Assembly: GCF_030028105.1 (NCBI RefSeq)
Contig: NC_092384.1
Location: forward strand, 4,011,665 to 4,075,664
DNA: 64,000 bases
Direction: 5' to 3'
Source: Mobula birostris
Taxonomy: Eukaryota
In this document: one piece after another, positions 39,243 to 49,908 of the stretch
Numbering within the stretch: position 1 is the stretch's first letter
Layout: every line of letters begins with the position of its first letter
Translations under genes and position numbers: made by a program
Notes under the pieces: model-generated
What the model saw: the letters and a program-made list of their open reading frames with translations, nothing else
Database searches by the model: none
What the model was told of the DNA's origin: nothing

Positions 39243-39737
39243 ATGTATCAGTATCACAATGGAATACAGGGAATTACAGGAGCATGAGAGAGGAGCTTGC
39301 CCAGGTCAACTGGAGGAAGACACTGTCAGGGATGACGGCAGAGCAGGGATGGCTGAAGTTTCTAGGAGTAGCTCACAAGGTGCAGGATAAGTATTTCCCC
39401 CAGTCGAAGAAGTCCTCAAATGGCAGAGATAGGAAACTGTACCTGACAAGAGAAAGTAAGAACTGCATAAATGCCAAGAAAAGTACTTATTATTTAGCAA
39501 GAGTGAGTGAGAATTTGGATAATTGATAAGCTTTTAAAGTCCTACAAAAGACAGCTAAAACAGGCTATCGGAGGGGAAAGGATGAAATGGGAGGGGAGAC
39601 TGGACAATAATATAAAGCAGGATACCAACGGATTTCGGTTATATAAAGTGTAAAAGGGAAGTGATAGTTGATGTTGGACCACTGGAAAATGATGCTGGTG
39701 AGGTGGTAATAGGGGAAAAAGGAATGGCAGATGAACT

Positions 39738-40995
39738 TCAGAATCAGAATTAGACTCAGGTTGGTAATTACCGGCAAGTGTTGTGAAATGTGTAAATTCA
39801 GTAGCAGCAGTTCAATGCAATACGTATTATAGAAGAAATAAATAAATTACAGTATATATATTGGAGATTAAAAATAGTGCAAAAACATAAATAATATATT
39901 TTGAAAAAGTGAGGTAATGTTCACTTGTTCAATATCCATTTAGGAATTAGATGACAGAGGGGAAGAAGCTGTTCCTGAATCGCTGAATGTGTGCCTTTAG
40001 CCTCTGTACCTCCTACCTGATAGTAACAATGAGAAAAGGCGTACCCCGGGTGCTGGGGGTCCTTAATAATGTATGCTGCCTTTCTGAGGCACCGCTCTTT
40101 AAAGATGTATTGGGTACTTTGTAGGCTAGGACCCAAGTTGGATACAACTACTTTTACGACCATCTGCAGTTTCTTTCCATCTTGTGTAGTAGCTCTATCG
40201 CCCATCGCCCCATACGAGATAGTGATGCAGACTGTCAGAATATTCTCCACGGTACATCTATAATTTTTTGGAATGTTTTTATTGACATTCCAAATCTCTT
40301 CAATCTTCTAATAAAATATAGTCACTGGTTTGCCTTCTTTATAGTTGCATCGATACGTTGGGATCAGGTTAGGTCCTCGGAGATCTTGACACCCAGGAAC
40401 TTGACTCTGCGTGTTCTCTCTACTTCTGATCCCTCTATGAGGATTGATATTTGTTCCTTCATTTTACCCTTCCTGACGTCCGCAATCAGGTATTTCGCCT
40501 TAGTGACTCTGACTGCAAGGTTGTTGCTGCAACACCACTCCTCTAGTTGGTATATCTCGCTCCTGCACACCCTCTTATTTCCATCCAAGACTGTACCAGT
40601 AATGTTGTATCATCAGCAAATTCATAGATGGTATTTGAGCTATGCCTAGTAACACAGTCATGGATATAGAGAGAGTAGAGCAGTAAGCTAAGCCCACACC
40701 CCGAAGTGTCCCACTGTTGTTCGTAACTTATTAATCAGGATTGTGGTAACGATAGCATTAAATGCAGAGCTATAGTCGATCAATAGCATCCTGACATAGG
40801 TATTTGGATTGTTCAGGTGGGCTAAGGCCGTGTGAAGAGCCATTAAGATTCTGTCTGCGTTGACCTATTATGGCGATATGCAAATTGCAGTGTTCCAGGT
40901 CTTTGCTGAGACAGGAGTTCAGTCTAGTCATGACCAACCTCTCAAAGCATTTCATAACTGTAAATATGAGTACTACTGACGATAGTCATTATGGC
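39738..40995 (-). mobile_element. 5'-truncated Rex1/Babar-type LINE inserted in CR1
   Basis: (TCAGAA)n tail; MKCFERLVM and WCCSNNL...VKFLGVKISEDLT motifs; AACT at 39734-39737 and 40996-40999 is a possible TSD. Confidence 0.8.
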
Positions 40996-41267
40996 AACTC
41001 ATAATATTCTTTGTATCTGTCTTCACTGTTGAAGACACTAGCAGTGCGCCAGAGGTCCATGCGTGCCAGGGAACAGGAGTGTGTTCCTTTGCTATGACAA
41101 AGGAAAAGGTGCTAGGCAAACTCAAAGGTCTTAAGGTGGATAAGTCACCTGGACCAGATAGACTATATCTCAGAGACCTAACAGAGGTTACTGAAGAGAT
41201 ATTAGATGTATTGGACATGATCTTTCAAGAAGCACTTGATTCTGGCATGGTCTCGGAGGACTGGAAG

Positions 41268-42863
41268 TGTCATAAGGTGGCGATGGAAACGGACTCAGAT
41301 GCAAGGCACAGTACACTGAAGTACTATGAACTAGACTATTTTAATTAAAAAATGCCGGAGAAACCAAGGAGCGAGGACAAAAATGATAACACGATGGTAG
41401 ACGAAGAGTGACAAACGGAAAAACCTGGCTTTGACTTGGGACTTCAACTTGACAGGGAACTCAGGTCATGACTCGGGACTCGGGTCTTGGCAGGGACTCG
41501 GTACCTGGGTCTAGATTTGGCTCTTGACTTGAACTAGGACTTCGCTTAGAATGAACTCGGATTTGGCTTGGACTGGACTCGGAGTTGGCTTGGACATAAC
41601 TCGGACTGGGACTTAGAACTTGACTCTCGACTTGGACTTGCTACTTGACTCTTCACTTGGACTTCGAACTTGTCTCTTGGCTTGGACTAGGCTCAGACTT
41701 GACTTAGACACAGGACACGGAACACTGAGCCGGGGCTCCTCCTTGGACACAGACATACAACCGGAACCCTTCATTAGACACAGGGCGCAAAACATGGAGA
41801 CCGTTCCCCCCTCAGGGTAGCGACAATCGGTCGGACCTACCCAGCGGAGGAGAGAACACGGAGAGACAAAATGACACAATGATAGACTGTTCTTTATCTT
41901 GACACAAAAAGTCTCGAAGTAGCTGCAAGCCCTGGACGCGGCCCAGGAGCTACAAACGGCGGCTCTAGTCTCAGACCAGCGGGTTAACTTGATGGGGATT
42001 CTGACGACATTACTGACGAGGACGGTCAAGCAAGGTATCACTGGACCCCAGAGCTATTTATGTTGCCAGAGCGAAACGAGAATCAGGTGCTTCAATTAAG
42101 GCGCCCAACGGTAGAAGGGGAAAAGGGTATAGCAGGAATATGGAATCTACGGACAAGACCGTGAACTAGAATGCGGACTTCACGTACCGGACCGTGACAA
42201 TATCCCTCACCTCCCACCCCATGGGAGCCTCCTGATGATCTAACAGGCTTGCCCAGATTATCGACGACCCGGGCGGGTGTCGGGTTTTTAATAAGAGGGA
42301 ACCCTGGATGGCGAGAGTTTAACGACAGTGTCTGTGTCGCTGGGTCCATGTTTGACTGGGCTGTTCGGTCATAAGGGAGCAATGGAAGCGGACCCAAATT
42401 CGAGACACAGACTCTGAAGTACTAGGAACTGGACTACGTTTATTAAAAATGCTGGGGAAGCCATGGAGCGAGGAAAAACTGATAACACGAAGGTAGACGA
42501 AGAGTGACAAATCGGAAAACCTGGACTTGGAGTTGCGACTTGAACTTGACAGCGAACTCAGGTCATGACTTGGGACTCGGGACTTGGCAGGGATTCGCTA
42601 CTCGACTAGAACTAGGACTTGGCTTGGCTTGGACTGGTTTCGGAATTGGCTTGGACTTGACCCGGCCTTGGCTTGGACTGGATTCGGAATTGGCTTGGAC
42701 TTGACCCGGCCTTGGCTTGGACTTAACTCGGACTTGGACTTGGAACTTGGCTCTCGACTTGGACTTGGGACTTGACTCTTGACTTGAATTTGGAACTTAA
42801 CTCTTGACTTAGACTAGGCTCAGACTTGACTTAGAAACAGGACACAGAATACTGAGCCGGGGC
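41268..42863 (-). mobile_element. Miniature Ty3/Gypsy derivative: complete 3' LTR 41268-42199, 167-bp internal region, partial 5' LTR 42367-42863
   Basis: Direct repeats 41268-41745 and 42367-42863; minus-strand PPT GGGGTGGGAGGTGAGGG before TGTCAC; MDPA gag-like start just after the 5' LTR end. Confidence 0.75.
42624..42711. repeat. 44-bp tandem duplication within the LTR
   Basis: ttggcttggactgg(t/a)ttcggaattggcttggacttgacccggcc twice, one mismatch. Confidence 0.9.
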
Positions 42864-43714
42864 AAAAAAAATTGGCAGATTGAACACAATGTTGGGAAAT
42901 GTGTAATGATGCATTTTATTAAAAGAAATATTGTGGACTATTATCGAAATGGGGAGAAGGTTCAAACATCAAAAGTGTAGAGGGACCTAGTAGGCCTCGT
43001 CCAAAACTCCCAGAAGATTAATTTACAGGTTAAGTCTGTGGCAAAGGAGGTAAATGCACAGTTAGCATTTACTTCGAGGACAATGGAATATAAAAGAAAA
43101 GAGATAGTGCTAAGATTTTGTAAGACTTTAGTCAGGCCACACTTGGACTATTGTCAACAGCTTTGGCCCCATATCTCTGAAACAATGTGTTGTCATTGTG
43201 GAGAGTCCAGAAGAGGTTCACAAAGATGATACCGGAACAAAGCGGTTAACATATAAGGAGATTTTTGCAGCTTTGGGCCTGTACTCGCAGGAATTTAGAA
43301 GAATGCAAGGGAGGAGGCGTGATGTCATTAAAACCTACCAGATGTTGGAAGGATCAAATAAAGTGGATGTCAAGAGGATGTTTCCTATGGTGGAAGGATC
43401 CAGAACTACAGGGCACTGCCTCAAAATTGAGGACCGATCTTTTAGAACAGAGGTAAAAAGGGATTGCTTTAGCCAGAGTGTAATGAATCTCTGGAATACT
43501 CTGCCATAGACTGTGGTGGAGGCTAAGTCTGTGGGTATATTTAAGGTGGAAGTTGATCATTTCCTGATCAGTCAGGGCATCAAAGGAAATGACAAGAAGG
43601 CAGGTGTATGGAGCTAAGTGGGATCCGGGATCAACCATGACAAATCGGACCAGACTCGATGGGCTGCATAGCCTAATTCTGTTCCTATGTCATACGGTCT
43701 GAAGGTCAAATTCA

Positions 43715-45600
43715 GGAAGCGTTGGATAGATACATCACAAGAAACAAACTGTCTTCCAAGAGGAGGATGAGGCAACCATGGCAGATAAGGGAAGTCAAGA
43801 CAGCATAAAAGTTAAAAGGATGGCATGTAATATAGGAAAAACTAGTGGGAATTAGAGAATAGGGAAACTTTTAAAAACCAAGAGAGGGTAAGTAAAAATC
43901 AATAATGAAAGAAAAACGAAATATGAAGGAAAGGAAATCAATTACACAAAAGAGAATATCAAAAGACTTTGTTCAGCTACATAAAGAGTAAAAGGGAGGC
44001 GAGAGTGGATGTCGGATTGCTAGAAAATAACACTCGAGATATAACAGCGAGAAGAGTTTAAAAGGAGACAGCTTTATAGAGTGGGCGTCTCAGGAGAGGG
44101 TGTGGGAGTAGAGGGAGAGAGAGTAGGAAGGCTTTGGCTAAATGGGGCTTCGGCAATAACAGGTCGATGCGAGGTAGGTTATCAGTGAAGAATACAGACA
44201 GGAAGTATGTGTGTGAGGCCGGTGTTATGTGATCGGTGCCAGATGTGGGAGACCGGGATACTCCTAGCCTTTCTGACGGCCACATCTACGCCAGCTGCGT
44301 CGAACTCAGCTCTTTAGGGATGGCGTAGGGGACTGGAGATGCTGCTCGATGACCTTCGTCTGGTCAGGGAAAGTGAGGAGGTGATGGAGAGGAGCTATAG
44401 GCCGGAAGACAGATAAGTAGGTAACAGTCAAGAGAGGGAAGAGCAAGGGTCAGATGCTAGAGAGTATTCCTGTGGCTGTACCCCTTAACAATAAGTACTC
44501 CTGTTTGAGTACTGTTGGGGGGACGGTCTACCTGGACGAAGCAACACTGGCCACGCCTCTGGCACAGAGACCGGCCCTGTGGTTCAAAAGGGCAGGGGAA
44601 GGAAGAGGATAGCAGCAGTGATAGGGGACTCTATAGTTAAGGGGTCAGACAAGCGATTCTATGGACGCAGGAAAGAAACACGGATGGTAGTTTTTCTCCC
44701 AGGTGCCAGGCTGCGGGCTGTTTCCGATCGCATCCACGATATCCTCAAGTGGGAAGGAGAACAGCCAGAGCTCGTGGTAAACATTGGTACCAACAACATA
44801 GATAGGAAAAGGGAAGAGGTCCTGAAAACAGACTACAAGGAGTTAGGAAGGAAGTTGAGAAACAGAACCTCAAAGGTAGTAATCTCGGGATTACTGACCA
44901 TGTTGCAACGAATGAGACGACCCCAAGCGCAGGACATAGGCACGGAGGATGCGTTAGGATGCAAACGCGGGCGTGAGCGTTGAACGGCAAACAGGAGAGA
45001 GTGCAGGAAGGCAGGAGATAGGCAGAACCTATCTAGACACGGAGCGACTGAGTTTCACGGGTACTGAAGCAAAACTTAGGCGAAACACTGTGAGCACACT
45101 TGGGCTCTTTGTGGAAGAACCCTGGCTTCTGCATCCTCGCTGGTATTGGAAAGAGTCATAGGAGGTTCACGAAGATGTTACCGGATTGAAAGGGTTAACG
45201 CACGAAGTGTATTTGATGGTTGTAGACCTTACTTACTGGAATTTACAATATTGGTGGGGGGGGGGGGAGGAACCACGTGGAAACCTGTTGAATGTCGAAA
45301 GGCCCAGGTAGAGTGGACGTGGAGAGTGTACTTGCAATAGTCAGGGAGTCAGGGACCAGATGGCACAGTCTCAGAATACAAGGATGTTCCTTTAGAACAA
45401 AGATGAGGAGGAATGTATTACGCTAGAAAGTGGGGAATCTGTCGAATCCATTGCCATAGTCGGCTTATTTGGTATATTTAAAGTAGATGTTGATGGGTTC
45501 TTGATTATTGAAGGCATCACAGGTTACGGAGAGAACGTGATTGGCGAAGAGAGGGAAATAAATCAGCCATGGTGGAAAGGCAGAGCAGACACGATGAGTG
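43715..45600 (+). mobile_element. Cluster of CR1 fragments: ORF2 piece 43715-44050, family-A 5' end/ORF1 44055-44900, old RT C-terminus 45040-45600
   Basis: VIGDSIVKG...VVNIGTNNI esterase (44579-44983); LERV..RFTKMLPG-like remnant. Confidence 0.7.
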
Positions 45601-45639
45601 TACTGATGGTGATGCTGAATTGAACGTAATCTCTTTTGT

Positions 45640-47220
45640 CTGCAAGTGATCTATATTCCTCCATTCCTTCATTATTCTTGTTTCTATCTAACAAGCTCTT
45701 AATTATCACGGTAAATGATTCCATCACTGCAACAGGGAGCCCGTTCTAAGCATCTCCCGTGTAAAAGAAAATTTGCCCTGCACATATCCTTCCCCGAATT
45801 TAACAATTTTTTACATTAAACGTGTGTCCTCTTGTATTAGGGATTCCGTATTTTGGGTGGGGGTGGGGGTGATTCTTACTGCCTACTCTATCTATCCTCT
45901 AGAGAAAGCAATGAATGCCTGCTTATGATTTTCTTGGACTTCGTACTTTCTAATCCAGGCACTAGTTTGCTCATACTCATTTTACCCTCTCCAATGCCCT
46001 CATATTCTTTTGCAAAGTGGCCACCAAAATTAACGGTACTTTAACGTAATTAATTAATTAAATCCCGTCCAGTAATGGTAAACTTGACTAATACTTTCTT
46101 TACCGACCTGTCTACCTAATTTCAGTGAACTATGGACTTGGATCCCAAAACTGTTAACTGTCCTGTCAATAGTTGTATACTTTTCCTTTACATTTAACCT
46201 CGTAAAGCGTAACGCCTTACACCTGTTCAGATTAATGTTCATCTGTCATTTCTTTGATCGTACTTGTAAATTAGTTATATTCTACTATGTCGTGTAATGG
46301 CCCTACAAATTATATCAACTTTTGCGTTGTCTGCAGATATACTAACCTATGCACCTACCTTTTCACCCAAACCATGTACGTATCTCAAAAATAGTAGTGA
46401 CTCCACAACTGTGCAACACCAGTAGTCAAGGACATCCAGGCGGAATAACTCGCTGCCAACTACAACCCTCTGCTCGTAGTAGGCGAGTTAAACCTGAATC
46501 TAAAAATTAGCCTGCCCCAATTTCACACTTTAAACCCAAGGCCAGCCATATTCTTATTCATAGCTGTAGGTTAGCCTTCAGGGTTGTGATCACTGTTCCA
46601 AAAATGTTCTCAAATTGAATCTCCAAGAACAAGACCCATTTAATGTCTAGTTTGGCCCCTTCCGTTGAGTCATCTGCATGATGCGTCAAGAAACGTGGCT
46701 GAATACACCTCACAAATTCTGCTTTCTGCATTCAGAAACGCCCATGTCAAGACACCTTCCTGAGATCTCCTTGCAGCCAAAGAAATAGTCATTTATGTCC
46801 CTAACGAGAGAATCTCATATGAATTGGACACCTAGACCTCAATCTGCCCTGCTGTAGAACTCGCTTGCTCATGGTATCACTGGTCTGGCTGCAGTGATCT
46901 TTTCGCCTGAGAAGCTCGAGCTGCAAATGTATCCAAAACAGTATACCTATTTGAGGTGGACCAGCTACAGAAGATTCAGACACTAACAGCGTGCCCCTCC
47001 GGGCGAGCATTTATTGCTCTGACTTGACCTTTGGTGTAAGCATGTCGTTGAAACTGCTATCTATAATACTATCTGTTTTCTGTCTGGTCCTTAGTGACGC
47101 CATCTACCGCTACAATGGATCTAAAGGGTCTGAGGGCAGCAGCAGCATGACTCACTTCCGACACATATAGTTATCATGGACAGCTGGACACTTCCTCATC
47201 TCCCACATCTCGCAGGAGCA
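45640..47220 (-). mobile_element. Very old CR1 remnants
   Basis: MNINLNRCKALRF (cf. WQMxFNxxKC) and degenerate tail and ORF1 similarity. Confidence 0.5.
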
Positions 47221-47269
47221 GTAAACCACTCTACTGACAACCGTCATTAACCCTTTTAACTACAAGTAG

Positions 47270-47850
47270 CATTACAATCAGGTTTATTATAACTGACTTC
47301 TATGATGTGAAATTGGTTATTCTGTGCCAGCAGTACAGTGCAAAGACAGAAAGTTACTATTGTAAATAAATGGCCCAAATTGAACAATAGATTAGTATTT
47401 ATGGGTTCGTAATCCATTCAAAATCTGACTAGGTGGGAAAAAGCTGTTCCTATTTCGTTGAATCTGGCTCTTCATTTCCTGAGGAGGCATTATGTCCTGG
47501 ATGGTGGGGGGTCTTAAGTAATAAATGTCACTCTCTTGAGGCACTACCTCTTAAAGATAGTACCCTCAGAGATGCGGCAGGTTGTGTCTGTGATGGTGCT
47601 GGCTACGCCTACAGTCCTCTGCAGCCTCCTGTAATCTAGTGCTTTGGAATATCCATGCCGGTGTGTAATGCACCCTGTCAGAATGTTTTCCACAGCGCAT
47701 TTGTACAAATCTGCAAAGTCTCTAATGATATACCAAATCTGCTCCAACTTCAATCAAAGCAGAGCCGCTGACATCCCATATTGGTGATTGTGTTAATTTG
47801 CTGGGCCTAGGATGCTTCTCCCGAAATGTTGACTCCCAAGAACTTGACAC
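47270..47850 (-). mobile_element. Rex1/Babar-type LINE 3' fragment
   Basis: LYKCAVENILTGCIT...RRLQRTV..ASTIT; 3' UTR resembles 39760-39830. Confidence 0.7.
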
Positions 47851-48066
47851 GAGAGAAAGAAAAGGGAAAACGTATCCTTCCCCTGCCTTACTTGATCTTG
47901 CTAGGCATCCTCATCAAAGCCGTCCTTCACCAAATGCCGCACTTTAACTTCGATCTCAAAGCTGTCTTCTCAAACTGCCTTTTTTTAAAAAAAGACGTGT
48001 CGTTTCCAGGCAATGGGGCGTAGCCAACAAATATATAAGAAGTGGAGAACAGCAAACAAACGAGAT

Positions 48067-48082
48067 TTCCAGGAAAATGAAA
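48067..48082 (+). promoter_or_regulatory. Overlapping GAS (TTCCAGGAA, 48067-48075) and ISRE core (GAAAATGAAA, 48073-48082)
   Basis: Exact matches to TTCN3GAA and GAAANNGAAA about 350 bp upstream of the ATG, in non-repeat DNA. Confidence 0.5.
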
Positions 48083-48164
48083 ATAAGTGTAGAGGCCAAT
48101 GATCTTGTGAAATCTCAAGGTGCCTGTTAACCGAAACCTTCACCACTTGTTCTGTTCTTACTTG

Positions 48165-48254
48165 TTATTTCCTGTCCCGCCGACAAAAATTGAGAAGCTG
48201 TGGATTTTTGACCTTATTATTTCTTGACATAATACAGCCCTTTATTTCCTGTCC
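48165..48254 (-). promoter_or_regulatory. Duplicated 13-mer containing an ETS-type site (GGACAGGAAATAA on the minus strand) at 48165-48177 and 48242-48254
   Basis: Exact repeat of TTATTTCCTGTCC, 77 bp apart. Confidence 0.45.
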
Positions 48255-48286
48255 TTGCTTCCGACCAAAGCTAATCAGTCAAACCC

Positions 48287-48295
48287 TATATTAAA
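48287..48295 (+). promoter_or_regulatory. TATA-like box TATATTAAA
   Basis: About 130 bp upstream of the leader ATG. Confidence 0.4.
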
Positions 48296-48425
48296 GGGCA
48301 TGCATTTCTCAGCAATGTCCTGCGGGCAATTGACCTGATTAAGTATTAGTGTAATAAGATATCGAAATGTATTGACGCCTACCCACCAGATACTCACTTT
48401 CTTCTGCTCTGTTGTCGACGCTGAT

Positions 48426-48480
48426 ATGTTTCTGAAGCGGTCATTTTGGACCATCTATTTACTTGCCATTGTGAATGCGG
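48426..48480 (+). CDS. IgSF gene exon 1: signal peptide MFLKRSFWTIYLLAIVNA
   Basis: Basic, hydrophobic, then V-N-A cleavage-like end; phase-1 GT donor at 48481 is in frame with the next exon. Confidence 0.8.
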
Positions 48481-48708
48481 GTATACAGTAATTTCTATTA
48501 TTCCTTAGTTAAGGTTCTTTACAAAACCCCACACGTGATATAGTGTTGATGAGATAGTTATTTTTTCTGTGATTTACCGGACCTCAGTGAGGATGGTGAA
48601 ACGGCCACAGAATAATATTTGTGCTATTCGAATTTTGAGTATCGCGGTCAGTTGTTAAAAAAAAATCCTACCAATGACTAAATCCGAGTGTGTATCGTTT
48701 ATTGACAG

Positions 48709-49020
48709 ATGCTGTGGATGTGCCGGGCAAGGCAGCTCCGGATACTTTTCCGAATATAGTCCTCAGCGGTACAAACTTTACTTGCCGATGCTCCTTCCGC
48801 TTCGATCTTAATCAGTCAAATCTCAGAGTTTACTGGTGGAGAGGTGAAAATAAGACTTTTATAAAGGAAGATAGCAGAAAATTGATCAGCATAAAGACAG
48901 GAGGCGCCTACCTTCACCTCCTGAATGTCACCGTCTCGGACGCCGGAACATATTATTGTGCCGTTAAACAAGCGGAACAAACGATCGGAAGGGGACCAGG
49001 ACAGCAGGTTGTCGTACATG
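48709..49020 (+). CDS. IgSF gene exon 2: VJ-type V-set Ig domain (104 aa)
   Basis: Acceptor tttattgacAG and donor GTGAGC, phase 1/1; CSF (strand B), VYWWR (C), DAGTYYC (F), J-like GRGPGQQVVV (G); no stops. Confidence 0.92.
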
Positions 49021-49400
49021 GTGAGCGGAGTTACAATTATAAACGAGGTCTTTAGTTATGATCCAGACTCGAATTTTGATTCACAAAGAATGCAGAGTAG
49101 AGTTGTGTAAAACATTGTAATTTGATTTGAAGAGCATTTGCTCGTAAATGCAGGAGACTAACAAATGCTGACAGAAGGTAATATCATCTACGATATTTGA
49201 TGTGATCTATGTCACGGATAGTGAACGTATGGCTGCCAATTAAATCGCGCCTTCAATTTGAAAACTGAACAACGAGGCTAGGACACGGGTCGCTAAGCTC
49301 TGTAATTTAAATAATTAAACCTAATCCACATCAGATTAATTCTCTAAACCGAATTAAAACTCTATAATTTGCGGAAAAGACAAAACCACCACCGTTGTTA

Positions 49401-49576
49401 GACACAAACAAGAGAAAATCTGCAGATGCTAGAAACGAAAGCAGCACAAAAAATGGTGAAGGAACTCAATAGGCCAGGCAGCATCTATGGAAAAGATATG
49501 AACGGTCTCGGCATGAAACTTCGACTGTACTCTTTTCCATGGTCTGCTGAGTTCCTCCAGCAATGTGTCTGTGTTG
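49401..49576. mobile_element. Palindromic Penelope-terminus-derived element in intron 2
   Basis: First half matches the Penelope terminus seen at 870-950 and the second half is its reverse complement; exact inverted arms ATGGAAAAGA/TCTTTTCCAT and GGAACTCA/TGAGTTCC. Confidence 0.7.
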
Positions 49577-49908
49577 TTCGTTGTCAAGTCAATGTCTGGA
49601 AATCGATGATGTTGGGACGAGAGTTGTTCTTGACGTAACACCAGCTCTCTGCTCAAAAATTGCTGGAAACTGTATCATTCGGACGCTTTAACACCAGCAG
49701 AAACAATCCGCAAACGGAATCCAGGTTATTAAATATATATAGGGAAATATGAGGGAAGGTTACATAATTATAGTGCAAAACAGCTTTAAATTGGTTCACA
49801 ATTTACAGTTTATTATAGACCTGTTATGCATCCAACCATGTGCTAATTGATTAGAAAATTTCAAAACGAAAAGGGTTTTGTTTTATTTTAATTTTCCCCT
49901 TCTTTCAG

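Larger units (their letters stand above)
39243..43700 (+). mobile_element. CR1 family B-like host in three pieces (39243-39737, 40996-41267, 42864-43700)
   Basis: Colinear ORF2 motifs (MREELAQV.W; DKSPGPD...SGMVSEDWK; KNWQIEHNVGKC...FRTEVKR) ending in a CR1 tail. Confidence 0.75.

Noticed and set aside
41613-42041. Ser/Lys-rich ORF and the Leu/Gly/Asp-rich + strand ORFs at 41620-42775
   Set aside because: Translations of the low-complexity LTR repeat array
42540-42840. CRISPR-like or other prokaryotic repeat array
   Set aside because: No unique spacers or cas genes; the window is eukaryotic, with spliceosomal introns and LINEs
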